A stretch of 64,000 nucleotides of DNA from Gemmatimonadota bacterium (GCA_034521595.1 JAXHMG010000003.1:1888001-1952000), one strand, 5' to 3'; shown: positions 23,635-33,190, counted from the stretch's first letter. Notes: a model not told the origin generated them from the sequence alone. Program-made: numbers and translations.

Positions 23635-25070
23635 GACCGCCTCGTCGGCTGCCAGCTCAGGAGATCTTCGAAGTACCGCCCGATGATCGGCTGTTCGGTG
23701 TCGGGCTCCGAGTCGCGCGCGTCCTCGTCGGCGTCCGTCTCCTCGGTCCACGCGAAGGGCGTGTCCACCGCCTCGTCCGGGCTCTCGCGGCGCTCGACGA
23801 GATCCTTCGCCAGCGCTTCGAGCTCCTCGTCACGGCTCTCTGCCGCGGCACGGCTCGCTTCCTCGTCCTCCTCCTCCACGGCATCCGCGGCGGATTCGGA
23901 CGGAGTCGTCTCGGGCGCCGGTTGCACCGCGCCCCCGGCGGCCTGCTCTTCCAGCTCCGCCAAGCGGGCCGCCAACCCTCCGTCCTCCGGGTTCTCGGAG
24001 CGGAGCTGGCGGAAGACCTCCACCGCGCGGTCCAAGAAGCCCTGCTTCGCGTACAGCTCGCCGAGCGTGCGGGTGTAGATGCGGGGCGCTCCCTCCTCCG
24101 AAGCGTCACCGGACGGATTCGGCGGGGCGGGCGGGCCGTCCATGCCGTCCTCGGCCGGGGTCACGGAAGCGGCCGGGCTCGGGTGGGCCGCCTGCTCCGG
24201 AGGTTCGGCCCGCGCGGTCGTGGCGACCGACTCGCCGGCGTCCGAAGGCACCTCGTCGGGCGCGAGGTCGGCCACGCTCGGAACGGGCTCATCGGGCGCG
24301 AGAGCTCCGATGTCGGCCACTTCCTCCGCGGGCTCCTCCGGCGCGAAGGCCCCGATGTCGGCCACTTCCTCCGCGGGCTCCTCCGGCGCGAGGGCCCCGA
24401 TGTCGATCGGCGCCTCCTCCGCGGGCTCGTCCGGCGCGAGGGCTCCGATATCGACCAGCGTCTCCTCGGACGCCCGGTCCGGGTCTCCGGAATCGATTTC
24501 GACCGGAGCCAAATCCTCGAGGTCGAGCACGGGCTCGTCCGGAACGACATCGACGAGGTCCGCGGAGCCAGCCGGCTCCACCGCCTCCGCCGGCCCCGCC
24601 TCGGGTGCGAGATCGGCGATGTCCAAGGCCGCCTCGGCCGGAGCGAGGCCGACGCCCGCCACCGGGTCCGCCGGAGCCAAGCCTTCCTCCGCCAGGACCT
24701 CGGGCTCCAACGCGACGAGGGTCTCCCGGACCTCCCTCGCTTCCTCGTGGCGCTCCGCCCGTTCGAGCACCGCCACCAGCGAGGCCATCGCTCTCACGTT
24801 CTCGGGATCGAGCTCGAGCGCCTTCCGGGCGGCCATCTCCCCCTCCTCGAGGAGCCCCTGCTCCCCGTAGAGCTTCGCCGCGACCACGTGCCCGGACACG
24901 AAGTCCGGGAGTCGCGCCAACCCATCGGTGAGCAACCCGAACGCCTTCCGGGGTTCTCCGGCGCGCCGATACGCGTCGGCGAGAGGAGCGAATGCCCGTC
25001 CATCGGGATCGCGCTCGGATCCGAGGATGGCGTGGAGTGTCCGGATCTCTTCTTGAAGGGGCTCGAGCAC
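23631..25070 (-). CDS. TPR protein with acidic repeat linker
   Basis: N-terminal TPRs (DPDGRAFAPLADAYRRAG), C-terminal TRTLGELYAKQG TPR; start moved to GTG 25070 (GGAG RBS, promoter upstream). Confidence 0.8.
   Translation of the reverse strand: MLEPLQEEIRTLHAILGSERDPDGRAFAPLADAYRRAGEPRKAFGLLTDGLARLPDFVSGHVVAAKLYGEQGLLEEGEMAARKALELDPENVRAMASLVAVLERAERHEEAREVRETLVALEPEVLAEEGLAPADPVAGVGLAPAEAALDIADLAPEAGPAEAVEPAGSADLVDVVPDEPVLDLEDLAPVEIDSGDPDRASEETLVDIGALAPDEPAEEAPIDIGALAPEEPAEEVADIGAFAPEEPAEEVADIGALAPDEPVPSVADLAPDEVPSDAGESVATTARAEPPEQAAHPSPAASVTPAEDGMDGPPAPPNPSGDASEEGAPRIYTRTLGELYAKQGFLDRAVEVFRQLRSENPEDGGLAARLAELEEQAAGGAVQPAPETTPSESAADAVEEEDEEASRAAAESRDEELEALAKDLVERRESPDEAVDTPFAWTEETDADEDARDSEPDTEQPIIGRYFEDLLSWQPTRRS
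24284..24454. repeat. Intragenic tandem repeat, ~45-bp unit, about 4 copies
   Basis: Unit cgggctcctccggcgcgaaggccccgatgtcggccacttcctccg starts at 24284, 24329, 24374 (48 nt) and 24422 (partial); encodes DIGA(L/F)AP(D/E)EPAEE(V)A. Confidence 0.9.
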
Positions 25071-25106
25071 GAGAACTCCGGAAGATGGCAGGTGGCCGAA
25101 GGCCGC

Positions 25107-25136
25107 AAGATACGGAGTGCCGGGAAAAAGTGTCAA
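25107..25136 (-). promoter_or_regulatory. sigma70-type promoter of the TPR-aroQ-efp-accBC operon
   Basis: TTGACA-N18-TATCTT on the minus strand. Confidence 0.7.
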
Positions 25137-25258
25137 CGCGGCGCTCGGGAGCCGCTCCTCCCCGGAAGGGAACAGGGAGCCCCCTCGGCTCGTATCGAAA
25201 GAGCACGTGTGGGTGAGCGAGCGGATCGAATGACGCGCCGCGAGCCGGATCCGTTCCG

Positions 25259-25287
25259 TTGAGACGGGCCCGGCGACCGGTTATTCT
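25259..25287 (+). promoter_or_regulatory. sigma70-type promoter of the SurA/PpiD gene
   Basis: TTGAGA-N17-TATTCT. Confidence 0.65.
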
Positions 25288-25357
25288 TTCCGGTCGATCA
25301 TTCACAGCCTTTCGCAGCATCTTTCCGCCCCGTCAGGGTCGTAGGAGACGCCGTCTT

Positions 25358-27196
25358 ATGATGCGTCAAATGAGGGAAGCGACGAAGCCGATCATGCTTT
25401 TCACGGCGCTCGCCTTCGCCGCGCTCATGGTATTCGAGTGGGGCATGGACGCCAGCGGCATGAGCTCCGGCTCGGTCGGAGAGATCGGGAGCGTGAACGG
25501 CGATCCCGTCATGTACGAGGAGTACATGGCGTCGTACCGGCGGATCTACGACCAGGTGCAGAATTCCCAAGAGGGTATGATCACCTCGCAGCAGAATCGG
25601 GACATCGAGGACGACGCGTTCGAGCAGGTCGTCACCCAGGTCCTGATCCAGCAGGAGCTCGCCGAGCGAGGCATCTCCGTGAGCGATCAGGAGATCAGCG
25701 AGGCCGCGCAGTTCAGCCCGCCCGAGTACCTGCGCCCTCAGTTCGTGAACGCAGAGGGACAGTTCGATCTCCAGGCCTACCAGTCGTTCCTCGCCTCCCT
25801 GCCGCCCGACCAGCTCCTCGTGCTCGAAGGGTATTACCGCGACGTCATCCCCAGAAGCAAGCTCCTCCGCCAGGTGACCTCCGGGATCTACGTGAGCGAC
25901 GCGGATCTGTGGGAGCGCTGGAAGGACCGGAACGAGCAGGTGTCGATCCGTTACGTCCCGCTCAATCCGGCGGAACGCTATCCCGACGAGGAATTCACGG
26001 TCCCGGAAGAGGACATCGAGGCGTACTACCGGGAGAACGAGGAAGACTTCGAGGTTCCCGCGCGGGCGACGGTCAAGGCGGCGGTGCTTCCCAACGTGCC
26101 CACGCCCGCCGACACCGCAGCGTCCCGGGAGCGAGCCCGTGAGCTGCGCCAGGAGATCCTCGGCGGCGAGGATTTCGCGGCGGTGGCCGAGCGCGCGTCG
26201 GCCGACGACGCCTCCGCCGACAACGGCGGCGACCTCGGCGTGTTCGGACGGGGCGAGATGACCCCCGTATTCGACTCCGTGGCCTTCTCCGCGCCCGTCG
26301 GCCAGGTGAGTGAGCCGGTGCAGACCTCCTTCGGCTTCCACCTGATCGAGGTCACGGAGCGGTGGGCGCAGGACAGCGTCCAGGCCCGGCACGTCCTCGT
26401 CCCGATCGAGCGCACGGACGAGAGCGAGATCGAGTTCCTCACGCTCGCGGATTCCCTCGAGGACATGAGTGAGGACCGTACACTCGAGGAAGCGGCGGAA
26501 GCGGTCGGGGCCACCGTCAGGACGGTCGAGATCAGCGAGGACTTTCCCTTCGTCCAGGGCGCGGGTCAGATCTCCGAGGGCGCCGACTGGGTGTTCGAGG
26601 ATGCCCTGGTAGGCGAGGTGAGCCCCCTGTTCGAGACCCAGCAGGCGTTCTACGCGCTCGAGTTGATCGACGCCCAGCCGGCGGGCGTGCAGCCGCTCGA
26701 GGAGGTGCGCTCCTCCATCGAGTCGACCCTGCGCCTCGAGCTCAAGCTGGAGCGAGCCCGGGCGGAGGCCGAAGAGATCCTCGCTCGGGTCCGGGAGGGT
26801 GAGGCGCTGGCCAACGCCGCTGCCGACGCCGGCCTCGACGTGAGGAACGCCGGTCCGTTCACGAGGCTCGATTTCGTGCCCGGCATCGGCCGACAGAACG
26901 CCGCCATCGGCGCGGCCTTCGGGACGCCGGAAGGCGAGGTGAGCAATGTCGTCACGACCGCGTCCAACGCCTACCTGATCGAGGTCCTGGAGCGGACTCC
27001 GGCCGACTCGACCGCCTGGCGGGAGCAAGTCGACCAGCAGCGGGCTCAGGTGACGTCCCAGCTCCAGCAGCAACGTCTCGACGCCTGGATCGAAGCCCTG
27101 AGGGAGGCGGCGGATGTCGTCGACCGTCGGGACGAAGTGCTACAGCAGCCGGGCGAGGAAGCACCGGTCCAGCCTCAGATGCCGTTGGGCTTCTAA
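25358..27196 (+). CDS. SurA/PpiD-like membrane-anchored parvulin peptidyl-prolyl isomerase
   Basis: N-terminal TM, SurA_N domain, parvulin motif S.D..SADNGGDLG.F...FDSVAF...PVQTSFGFHLI; AGGAG RBS. Confidence 0.88.
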   Translation: MMRQMREATKPIMLFTALAFAALMVFEWGMDASGMSSGSVGEIGSVNGDPVMYEEYMASYRRIYDQVQNSQEGMITSQQNRDIEDDAFEQVVTQVLIQQELAERGISVSDQEISEAAQFSPPEYLRPQFVNAEGQFDLQAYQSFLASLPPDQLLVLEGYYRDVIPRSKLLRQVTSGIYVSDADLWERWKDRNEQVSIRYVPLNPAERYPDEEFTVPEEDIEAYYRENEEDFEVPARATVKAAVLPNVPTPADTAASRERARELRQEILGGEDFAAVAERASADDASADNGGDLGVFGRGEMTPVFDSVAFSAPVGQVSEPVQTSFGFHLIEVTERWAQDSVQARHVLVPIERTDESEIEFLTLADSLEDMSEDRTLEEAAEAVGATVRTVEISEDFPFVQGAGQISEGADWVFEDALVGEVSPLFETQQAFYALELIDAQPAGVQPLEEVRSSIESTLRLELKLERARAEAEEILARVREGEALANAAADAGLDVRNAGPFTRLDFVPGIGRQNAAIGAAFGTPEGEVSNVVTTASNAYLIEVLERTPADSTAWREQVDQQRAQVTSQLQQQRLDAWIEALREAADVVDRRDEVLQQPGEEAPVQPQMPLGF

Positions 27197-27246
27197 CGCG
27201 CCCGGACACCGGGCGGTCCGCGGGTCAGCGCGCGCGGCGCCAAGAA

Positions 27247-27296
27247 TGAAAAAGCGGGCCGCCGGGGGGTTCTCATCCCCGGCGGCCCGCTTTTCA
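27247..27296. terminator. Bidirectional rho-independent terminator
   Basis: aaaagcgggccgccgggg-loop-ccccggcggcccgctttt between the convergent ppiD and tatA genes. Confidence 0.88.
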
Positions 27297-27387
27297 CTTG
27301 TTCGGCACGTTCGGCACGGAACGGGTTACGGCGCCGCTGCGTCCGTCCCGCCTTCGGCTCCCTTCACGACTCGGGAAACCCTCCGAT

Positions 27388-27738
27388 TCACGAAGACGAA
27401 GGCGTCGACTCGCTCTGTTCCCGTACCTCTTCCTTTTCTGCCTTGTCTTCCTTGTCGCTCAGACTCCGCGGACCTGCGTCCTCGTCGTCCTCGACCGGCG
27501 TCGCGGGAGCGGCTTCCTGCTGCTGCCCACTCTTCGCCTGCGAATCCGGGCGCCGAATCTGCTGTTGCTGATCGGGAACCTTGAGCTCCTCCTCGATATC
27601 GCTCACGGAGCTCTTGAACTCGCGAATCCCCTTACCCAGGGACGAGCCGATCTCAGGCAGCCGCTTGGCGCCGAAGAGGAGCAGAACGATCAGGAAGATG
27701 AAGATCATCTCCCCCATTCCAAATCCACCGAAACCCAT
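27388..27738 (-). CDS. tatA: Twin-arginine translocase TatA/E
   Basis: IVLLLFGAKRLPEIGSSLGKGIREFK; long acidic tail. Confidence 0.93.
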   Translation of the reverse strand: MGFGGFGMGEMIFIFLIVLLLFGAKRLPEIGSSLGKGIREFKSSVSDIEEELKVPDQQQQIRRPDSQAKSGQQQEAAPATPVEDDEDAGPRSLSDKEDKAEKEEVREQSESTPSSS

Positions 27739-27809
27739 TTTTCAGCCCTCCATGGGGGCCGCGAGCCCCCTCGTTGGGAGCGTGGTCCGCCTCACGGCGT
27801 CCCCGCTCA

Positions 27810-28085
27810 TCAGATGATCGAGCGCGCGACCAATGCGACGATGGCGATCCCGACCAACGTCAAGAAGTTCAGCGTGAACACCAGAGGGCCCAGCTCGAAC
27901 GCCATCGCCACCAAGTCGACCGACAGCGGTCCCACCGAAGCATTGACCGACGTGAGAACGAAATCCCGCGCCACACTGTCCGGGAGGAGTTCGGCGAGCT
28001 TGGATAGCAGACCTCCGAGGAAGAACCCCAGAATCAAAGTCCATGTGATACGGACGACCGTGCGCCGTCGTGTGTCAACCAACAT
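27810..28085 (-). CDS. Small membrane protein (DUF4321-like)
   Basis: Two hydrophobic segments flanking GPLSVDL..; 91 aa. Confidence 0.6.
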   Translation of the reverse strand: MLVDTRRRTVVRITWTLILGFFLGGLLSKLAELLPDSVARDFVLTSVNASVGPLSVDLVAMAFELGPLVFTLNFLTLVGIAIVALVARSII

Positions 28086-28142
28086 ACCGCGATCCTGGTA
28101 GGCGAGTTCCTTGCGGAGGGGTCTCCCGTCGCTTCCTACACC

Positions 28143-29138
28143 TCATCGGCGCCGGTCGACTGCATACGAGACGGACAATGCGAGGGCTTCCACGGCGGGG
28201 CCCTGCGGCAGCTCTGCGAGCGCGGCCCGGGCCAGGTCCGCGTAGTGCATCGCGCGGTCCTGGGCGTACCGCAATCCACCGCGCTCCACCACGATTTCCA
28301 CGATGCGCGCGATCTCCTCGTCACTGGGGTCGACACGGGTGAAGAACCGACGGATCTCTCCCTCCTCGGATTCGGACGCCTCAGGCAGCGCCCCCACCAA
28401 GGGGAGCGTGACCTTTCGCTCCCGGAGATCGTGGCCGGTCGGCTTGCCCGTGACTTCTTCGGTTCCCGTGTAGTCGAGCAGGTCGTCGGCGATCTGAAAC
28501 GCCATCCCCAGGTTGTGTCCGTAGCGGGCAAGCGGCTCCCGGAACGCCGGAGCTCCGGACAGAGCCCCCATCTCGCAGGCGGCCGACATCAAGGAGGCGG
28601 TCTTCGCCGCGATCAACTTGTAGTAGTCGTCTTCCGAGAAGTCGAGGGCGTCGTAGGACGTGAGCTGGCGCATCTCCCCCACCGACATTTCGTTCGCCGC
28701 GTTGGCCAGAACCGCCAACGCATCCAGGTTGCCCACCCGGGCCAGCTCCGAAACTCCACGCGAGTAGAGGTAGTCCCCCATGATCACGGCGACCTGGTGG
28801 GTCCACAGCGCGTTGACGGTCGGCAAGCCACGCCGGAGCACCGAGTGGTCGACCGCGTCGTCGTGAACGAGCGTCGCCAAATGCACCAGCTCGACCACGG
28901 CGGCCAACGTCAGCGCGTCGTCGCCGGCCTCACCGTCGACCGAATCGGAGAGGAGCACGAGTGTCGGCCGGAACAGCTTCCCCTGCATGAAGAGGAGGTG
29001 CTCGTTGACGTCCTCGATCATGTCGAAGTCGGACAGCACGATCCGGCGGATCTCCTCGCCGACCCGGTCGAGCTGCTCCTGCACCGGCTCCTGAACGGAA
29101 GAAAGTCGCGGCATCACGGCGCGGCCGGAGGAGCTCAT
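28143..29138 (-). CDS. Polyprenyl (octa/heptaprenyl) diphosphate synthase
   Basis: GKLFRP, LVHDDAVD (FARM), KTASL, FQIADDLLD (SARM). Confidence 0.93.
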   Translation of the reverse strand: MSSSGRAVMPRLSSVQEPVQEQLDRVGEEIRRIVLSDFDMIEDVNEHLLFMQGKLFRPTLVLLSDSVDGEAGDDALTLAAVVELVHLATLVHDDAVDHSVLRRGLPTVNALWTHQVAVIMGDYLYSRGVSELARVGNLDALAVLANAANEMSVGEMRQLTSYDALDFSEDDYYKLIAAKTASLMSAACEMGALSGAPAFREPLARYGHNLGMAFQIADDLLDYTGTEEVTGKPTGHDLRERKVTLPLVGALPEASESEEGEIRRFFTRVDPSDEEIARIVEIVVERGGLRYAQDRAMHYADLARAALAELPQGPAVEALALSVSYAVDRRR

Positions 29139-29151
29139 GGGCGCCTTCGCA

Positions 29152-30936
29152 TCAACGCAGGGCACGGAGGCGCTCCGTGACGTCGGCGAAGTTGATGTCG
29201 AGCGCGAACACCCGGTCGTAGAACTCCACGGCCGAATCCGTCCGCCCGAGCTCTTCGTATGCTCGAGCGAGGTAGTAGTAGATGCCCAACAACTCGTCCT
29301 CGATCGTCGTGCGGGCGCCCAGGGCACGCTCGAGCGACTTCGCCGCAGCTTCGCTCTTACCCATTTCCAGGAAGGTTTGGCCCATCACCTCATAGGTGGG
29401 CAGGTGGCCGCCGGACGCACGCAGCGCGGCCTGGAACTCCGCGATGGCCTCGTCGAGCAGCCCCATCTCCTTGTACGCGGTCCCGAGGTCGTAGTGGGCC
29501 GACACGTCGCTCGCCTCGAGGTTCTCCGAGACCTTGTCCTTGAACTGCGACAACATCTTCTGGAAGTCGGCGGCCTCGTCACCCGAGGGTTCCTCGTACT
29601 GCACGCGAAACCTCGTGGTCTTCGGCTCTTCGCGCTCGTCGCCCAGGATCATCGATCCGAGGTCCACGTATTCGTGCGAAGCCGGAGGAGGCTCGGCGGA
29701 GTCGTTGGCGGCCGGCTCGGGCGAGGCGGGCTCGTCCTCTGCGGAATCCAGGTCGGCAGGCTCGGCCGGGCCGGGCTCGTCCTCGTCGGGGCCGGGCGGC
29801 TCCGACGAGGCCTCCGTCGGGTCGACGGCGGCCGGCTCGGGCGCATCCGCCTCGGAGGCGAGCTCATCGTCGTCACCGCCGCCGGACTCCATCAACGGCA
29901 GGTCGACGTCTCCTTCCTCCTCGCTGGACGCCTCCTCCCCGAGCTGCGCTTCCTCCTCCGCGTCCACTTCGAAGTCCGTGTCGGCAAACGACGTTTCGAG
30001 CTCGAAGTCGTCGGACTCGTCGGGATGCACGAGCGCTTCGTCCCAGCCGTCGTCTTCGGCACCGTCGACGTCGTCGTCCGGCCCCTCGACGTCCATGAGC
30101 GGCAACGAAGGGCCCTCGTCGTCACCCGCGAGCGCATCGTCGTCGACGAGCTCGTCGGCATCCCGGAGATCCGCGGCGCCCTCCGCGATCCCGTCCCCTT
30201 CGGCAATAGCGCCGTCGTCCGCGCCCACGGCCTCCTCGAATCCGCCCAATCCGGCGCCGAGCTCGAACCCACCGTCCTCCGTGGGGACTTCGTCACCCTC
30301 GGGCTGCTCTTCCAGGAGCGCGTCGAAGTCGATGTCCGGATCGAGCTCGAGGATCCTCCCTTCGAGACCGAAGGCCCGGTCGTCGCGGCCCTGCTCCTTC
30401 AGACGGCGGTACGCGATCGAGAGTTGGGCCAACCCTTCCTCGGGACGCTCGTTGGCGATCATCTGCTCGGCGACCGTGACCCGAACCTCCACCTCCTCCG
30501 GCACGAGATCACAGAATTCCACGAGGGCCCGGAACGACTCGTCCAGGTCACCCTCCTCCTGCATGGTCTCGGCGTAGGTGAGGAAGTACGTCCGCGCATC
30601 GGGAACGAAGCCCTGCTCCGCCCGGATCTGACCCATCACGAGATAGACCTGATGGCGGGCCGGCATATGCCGCACGATCTTCTTGCAGACCGCGATCGCG
30701 TTGTTCGACAGGGACGCTTCCCGGTAGAGCTCGATGGCCCGCTCGTAGTGTTCGAGGGCCCGCTCGTAGTTGCCGACTCGCACGTACAGATCGCCGACAC
30801 GGTTGTACAGGTTGATGTCGGGCTGGTCGTCCTCGGCCAGCTTCTCGATCGCTTTCCCGTACTGATCCAGCGCCTTCTGCCACTCGTCCCGCTGTTCGTG
30901 GCGTCGGGCCTGTGCTTTGAGCGACTCGATGCTCAT
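29152..30936 (-). CDS. TPR protein, SgmX-like architecture
   Basis: N-terminal TPR block, long acidic disordered linker, C-terminal TPRs beginning AHYDLGTAYKEMGLLDEAIAEFQ. Confidence 0.75.
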   Translation of the reverse strand: MSIESLKAQARRHEQRDEWQKALDQYGKAIEKLAEDDQPDINLYNRVGDLYVRVGNYERALEHYERAIELYREASLSNNAIAVCKKIVRHMPARHQVYLVMGQIRAEQGFVPDARTYFLTYAETMQEEGDLDESFRALVEFCDLVPEEVEVRVTVAEQMIANERPEEGLAQLSIAYRRLKEQGRDDRAFGLEGRILELDPDIDFDALLEEQPEGDEVPTEDGGFELGAGLGGFEEAVGADDGAIAEGDGIAEGAADLRDADELVDDDALAGDDEGPSLPLMDVEGPDDDVDGAEDDGWDEALVHPDESDDFELETSFADTDFEVDAEEEAQLGEEASSEEEGDVDLPLMESGGGDDDELASEADAPEPAAVDPTEASSEPPGPDEDEPGPAEPADLDSAEDEPASPEPAANDSAEPPPASHEYVDLGSMILGDEREEPKTTRFRVQYEEPSGDEAADFQKMLSQFKDKVSENLEASDVSAHYDLGTAYKEMGLLDEAIAEFQAALRASGGHLPTYEVMGQTFLEMGKSEAAAKSLERALGARTTIEDELLGIYYYLARAYEELGRTDSAVEFYDRVFALDINFADVTERLRALR

Positions 30937-31877
30937 ACGATGCCGTCCGAGGTCTCCGTCCGTCCGCGCGCGCGCCGATCGACGTGCTCGGCCACGCGGC
31001 TGGATAGGACCCGGGCGGGTCCCAGGTCAGGAAGGTGTAATCTGTCTTCCAGGGGCGGAAGCACAAGGGTATCGGGCATCATCCCGATGATCTCCGTTTC
31101 CTCGATCGCGCCGCCCCGCGCCTCGATCCGGTCGCGAATGGCGATGAGGACGTCGACGGGCGACGTGCGGGCCGGATCCTCCAGATTCATGGAAACCTGC
31201 AGCCGTCCCGAATCCGGCATGCGCAGCCCCAGCGCACGCAATCCCGGAAAGCCGCCCCCTCGTTCCCGGATCTCCGCGGCGACCCGGCGAGCGTCGTCCA
31301 GCGTGACTCCGCTCACGTAGACGTTCCAGGCGAGCAGGACGGGCCGAGCGCCCACGCACGTGACGCCGGCCGTGGGGTGTGGATGCGTGGCCCCCGGGGG
31401 TAGATCCGGGCGACGGTCCTCGGGAAAGCCGTCCCGAAGCGCATCCAGCCCGCCCCTTCGCAGCTCGGCCAGACCCCGGCCCGGCGGCGTGGAGGCGCGC
31501 GCGTAGAAGTAGACCGGCACGTCCAACTCTTCGGCGATGCGCCCGCCCACCCGACGTGCCGAGCGGACGGCATCGTCCATCTCGAGATCGTGGAGCGGGA
31601 CCAAGGGGAGCACGTCGAGCGCCCCCACGCGGGGATGGATGCCCCCGTGGTCCCTCATATCGATCTCGTCCGCGGCGAAGCGCGCGACTCTGAAGGCCGC
31701 CTCTTCCACCGCCGGTGGATCGCCGATGAAGGTGAGCACCGATCGGTTGTGGTCCGCGTCGGACGACCAGTCGAGAACGTCGACCCCGACCTCCGTCACG
31801 AGGTCGACGAGGTGGCGAACCTTCGCCCGGTCACGCCCTTCGGAGATATTCGGCACGGCTTCGAGAACGGGAATCAT
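30933..31877 (-). CDS. Glutamate formiminotransferase (FT domains only)
   Basis: EAVPNISEGRD, DADHNRSVLT, HGGIHPRVGALDVLPLVP, QVSMNL. Confidence 0.9.
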   Translation of the reverse strand: MIPVLEAVPNISEGRDRAKVRHLVDLVTEVGVDVLDWSSDADHNRSVLTFIGDPPAVEEAAFRVARFAADEIDMRDHGGIHPRVGALDVLPLVPLHDLEMDDAVRSARRVGGRIAEELDVPVYFYARASTPPGRGLAELRRGGLDALRDGFPEDRRPDLPPGATHPHPTAGVTCVGARPVLLAWNVYVSGVTLDDARRVAAEIRERGGGFPGLRALGLRMPDSGRLQVSMNLEDPARTSPVDVLIAIRDRIEARGGAIEETEIIGMMPDTLVLPPLEDRLHLPDLGPARVLSSRVAEHVDRRARGRTETSDGIV

Positions 31878-31936
31878 GGCGTCCAAGATAGCAGATCGCC
31901 GGAATCGTGAAGGCCCCGAGGTGCGCCGTGCCCGCC

Positions 31937-33088
31937 TCAGTGCGGCCCGGGCGCGAGCTCGGGGTTCCCCGGCTGGAGCTGGTAGGCCCAGTCGAAGATC
32001 ATCACGCCGCCGTTCTGGTTCTCACCCTGCATGGTGACGCGGATGGCGCCGTAGTGGAGGTCGTCCTGATCGTCGTAGACCCGAAGGAAGTAGGTGTGTT
32101 CGGGGTCGACGGGGATGGCGTCCGACGTGTAGCCATCCGACGGCGCGAGGGTGGCGTCCAGGCAATCCGGATCGGCAGCCACACCGCATTTCAGCTCGCT
32201 CGTGAAAACACCGTTCGGGTTGACCGTGGTCGTGGTGTTCATCGCCTCCGTGGGCACCAGCCACCAGAACCCGTCCTGGTCCCGCTCCACGCTGAAGTGC
32301 GCACCCGGATCGTCACCGTGAAAGACCCGGTCTCCGCGAGTGCTAGCATCGCTCTCCTGGAACCGGAATCCCGACTCCTCCGGAACGTCGAAGTAGTCGT
32401 ACAGGAGCTCGGCGGTGTAGTCCGGCCGTGGCGTGCCGGCCACGATCTGGCTGCCGGCGCTCTCGTGGCCGTCCACGTCGACGGACGTCACGAAATACTC
32501 GTAGGTCGAGCCGTTCGCGGCGAGCAGGTCGATGAAGCCCTCCGAATCCGTCTCGCCCAACAGGTAGTCGTTCCCGTCCGGCGCAGCTTGGTAGACCCGG
32601 TAGAAGGAGAAGTCGTCCTCGGTACCGTGGCGTGAGGCATCACCCCACACGATCCAGGCGGCGCCGTCCAGCCCGATCACCTCGGTTTGGTCGGGCACCG
32701 GGGGCGGCGTGCGGAACGGCGCGCGCACCTCGACGGTGAAGTCGGAGGCGGTCTCGGCACCGGTAGCGGGATCCCAGGCGGCGACGTAGTACTCGTAGGT
32801 CACGTCTTCCTGGATGTTCGTATCCGTGTAGGTACAGATGCCGCCCGTGCAGCTCGTGACGTCCGCGATGAGGAAGTAGTCGGCGTCACTCACCCGGCGT
32901 CCGTAGACGCGAAAGGACTCGCCGTCCCAGCCCGATCCGAGCTCCCAGGTCAGCGTGATCGCTTCCGCGTAGTACGAGCCTTCGAGCGCCCTCGGCGGCG
33001 CCGGACCGTCGACGACCCCCGTCGAATCGTTGTTGCACCCCGCCACTACGAAGGTGGCGGCGAGCGCAGCATGGACCAGACGTCTCAT
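31937..33088 (-). CDS. Acidic lipoprotein with fibronectin-III-like repeats
   Basis: Lipobox VAGC after MRRLVHAALAATFV; two FN3-like segments (FRVY...TYEYYVAAWD; YRVY...TYEYFVTSVD..G.ES); GAGGAG RBS. Confidence 0.7.
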   Translation of the reverse strand: MRRLVHAALAATFVVAGCNNDSTGVVDGPAPPRALEGSYYAEAITLTWELGSGWDGESFRVYGRRVSDADYFLIADVTSCTGGICTYTDTNIQEDVTYEYYVAAWDPATGAETASDFTVEVRAPFRTPPPVPDQTEVIGLDGAAWIVWGDASRHGTEDDFSFYRVYQAAPDGNDYLLGETDSEGFIDLLAANGSTYEYFVTSVDVDGHESAGSQIVAGTPRPDYTAELLYDYFDVPEESGFRFQESDASTRGDRVFHGDDPGAHFSVERDQDGFWWLVPTEAMNTTTTVNPNGVFTSELKCGVAADPDCLDATLAPSDGYTSDAIPVDPEHTYFLRVYDDQDDLHYGAIRVTMQGENQNGGVMIFDWAYQLQPGNPELAPGPH

Positions 33089-33143
33089 GGTTCCTCTCCT
33101 CGGTCGGACCCCGGTGCATCCGGAGCTCACCCCGAAACGGTGA

Positions 33144-33190
33144 AGCACGGGGCGTGCCTAATCGTCAACTCACTGGCGCACAACGACCTG
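33144..33190 (-). promoter_or_regulatory. sigma54 (-24/-12) promoter with adjacent IHF-like site
   Basis: Minus strand TAGGCACGCCCCGTGCT = GG-N10-GC with GGCAC core; directly upstream is CAGGTCGTTGTGCGCCAGTGAGTTG, resembling a double IHF-type motif. Confidence 0.6.

Noticed and set aside
24284-24454. Possible CRISPR-like array
   Set aside because: In-frame coding tandem repeat with no unique spacers and no cas genes.
28099-28115. sigma54-like TAGGCGAGTTCCTTGC on the plus strand
   Set aside because: Points antisense into the polyprenyl synthase 3' end with no credible downstream gene; probably chance.
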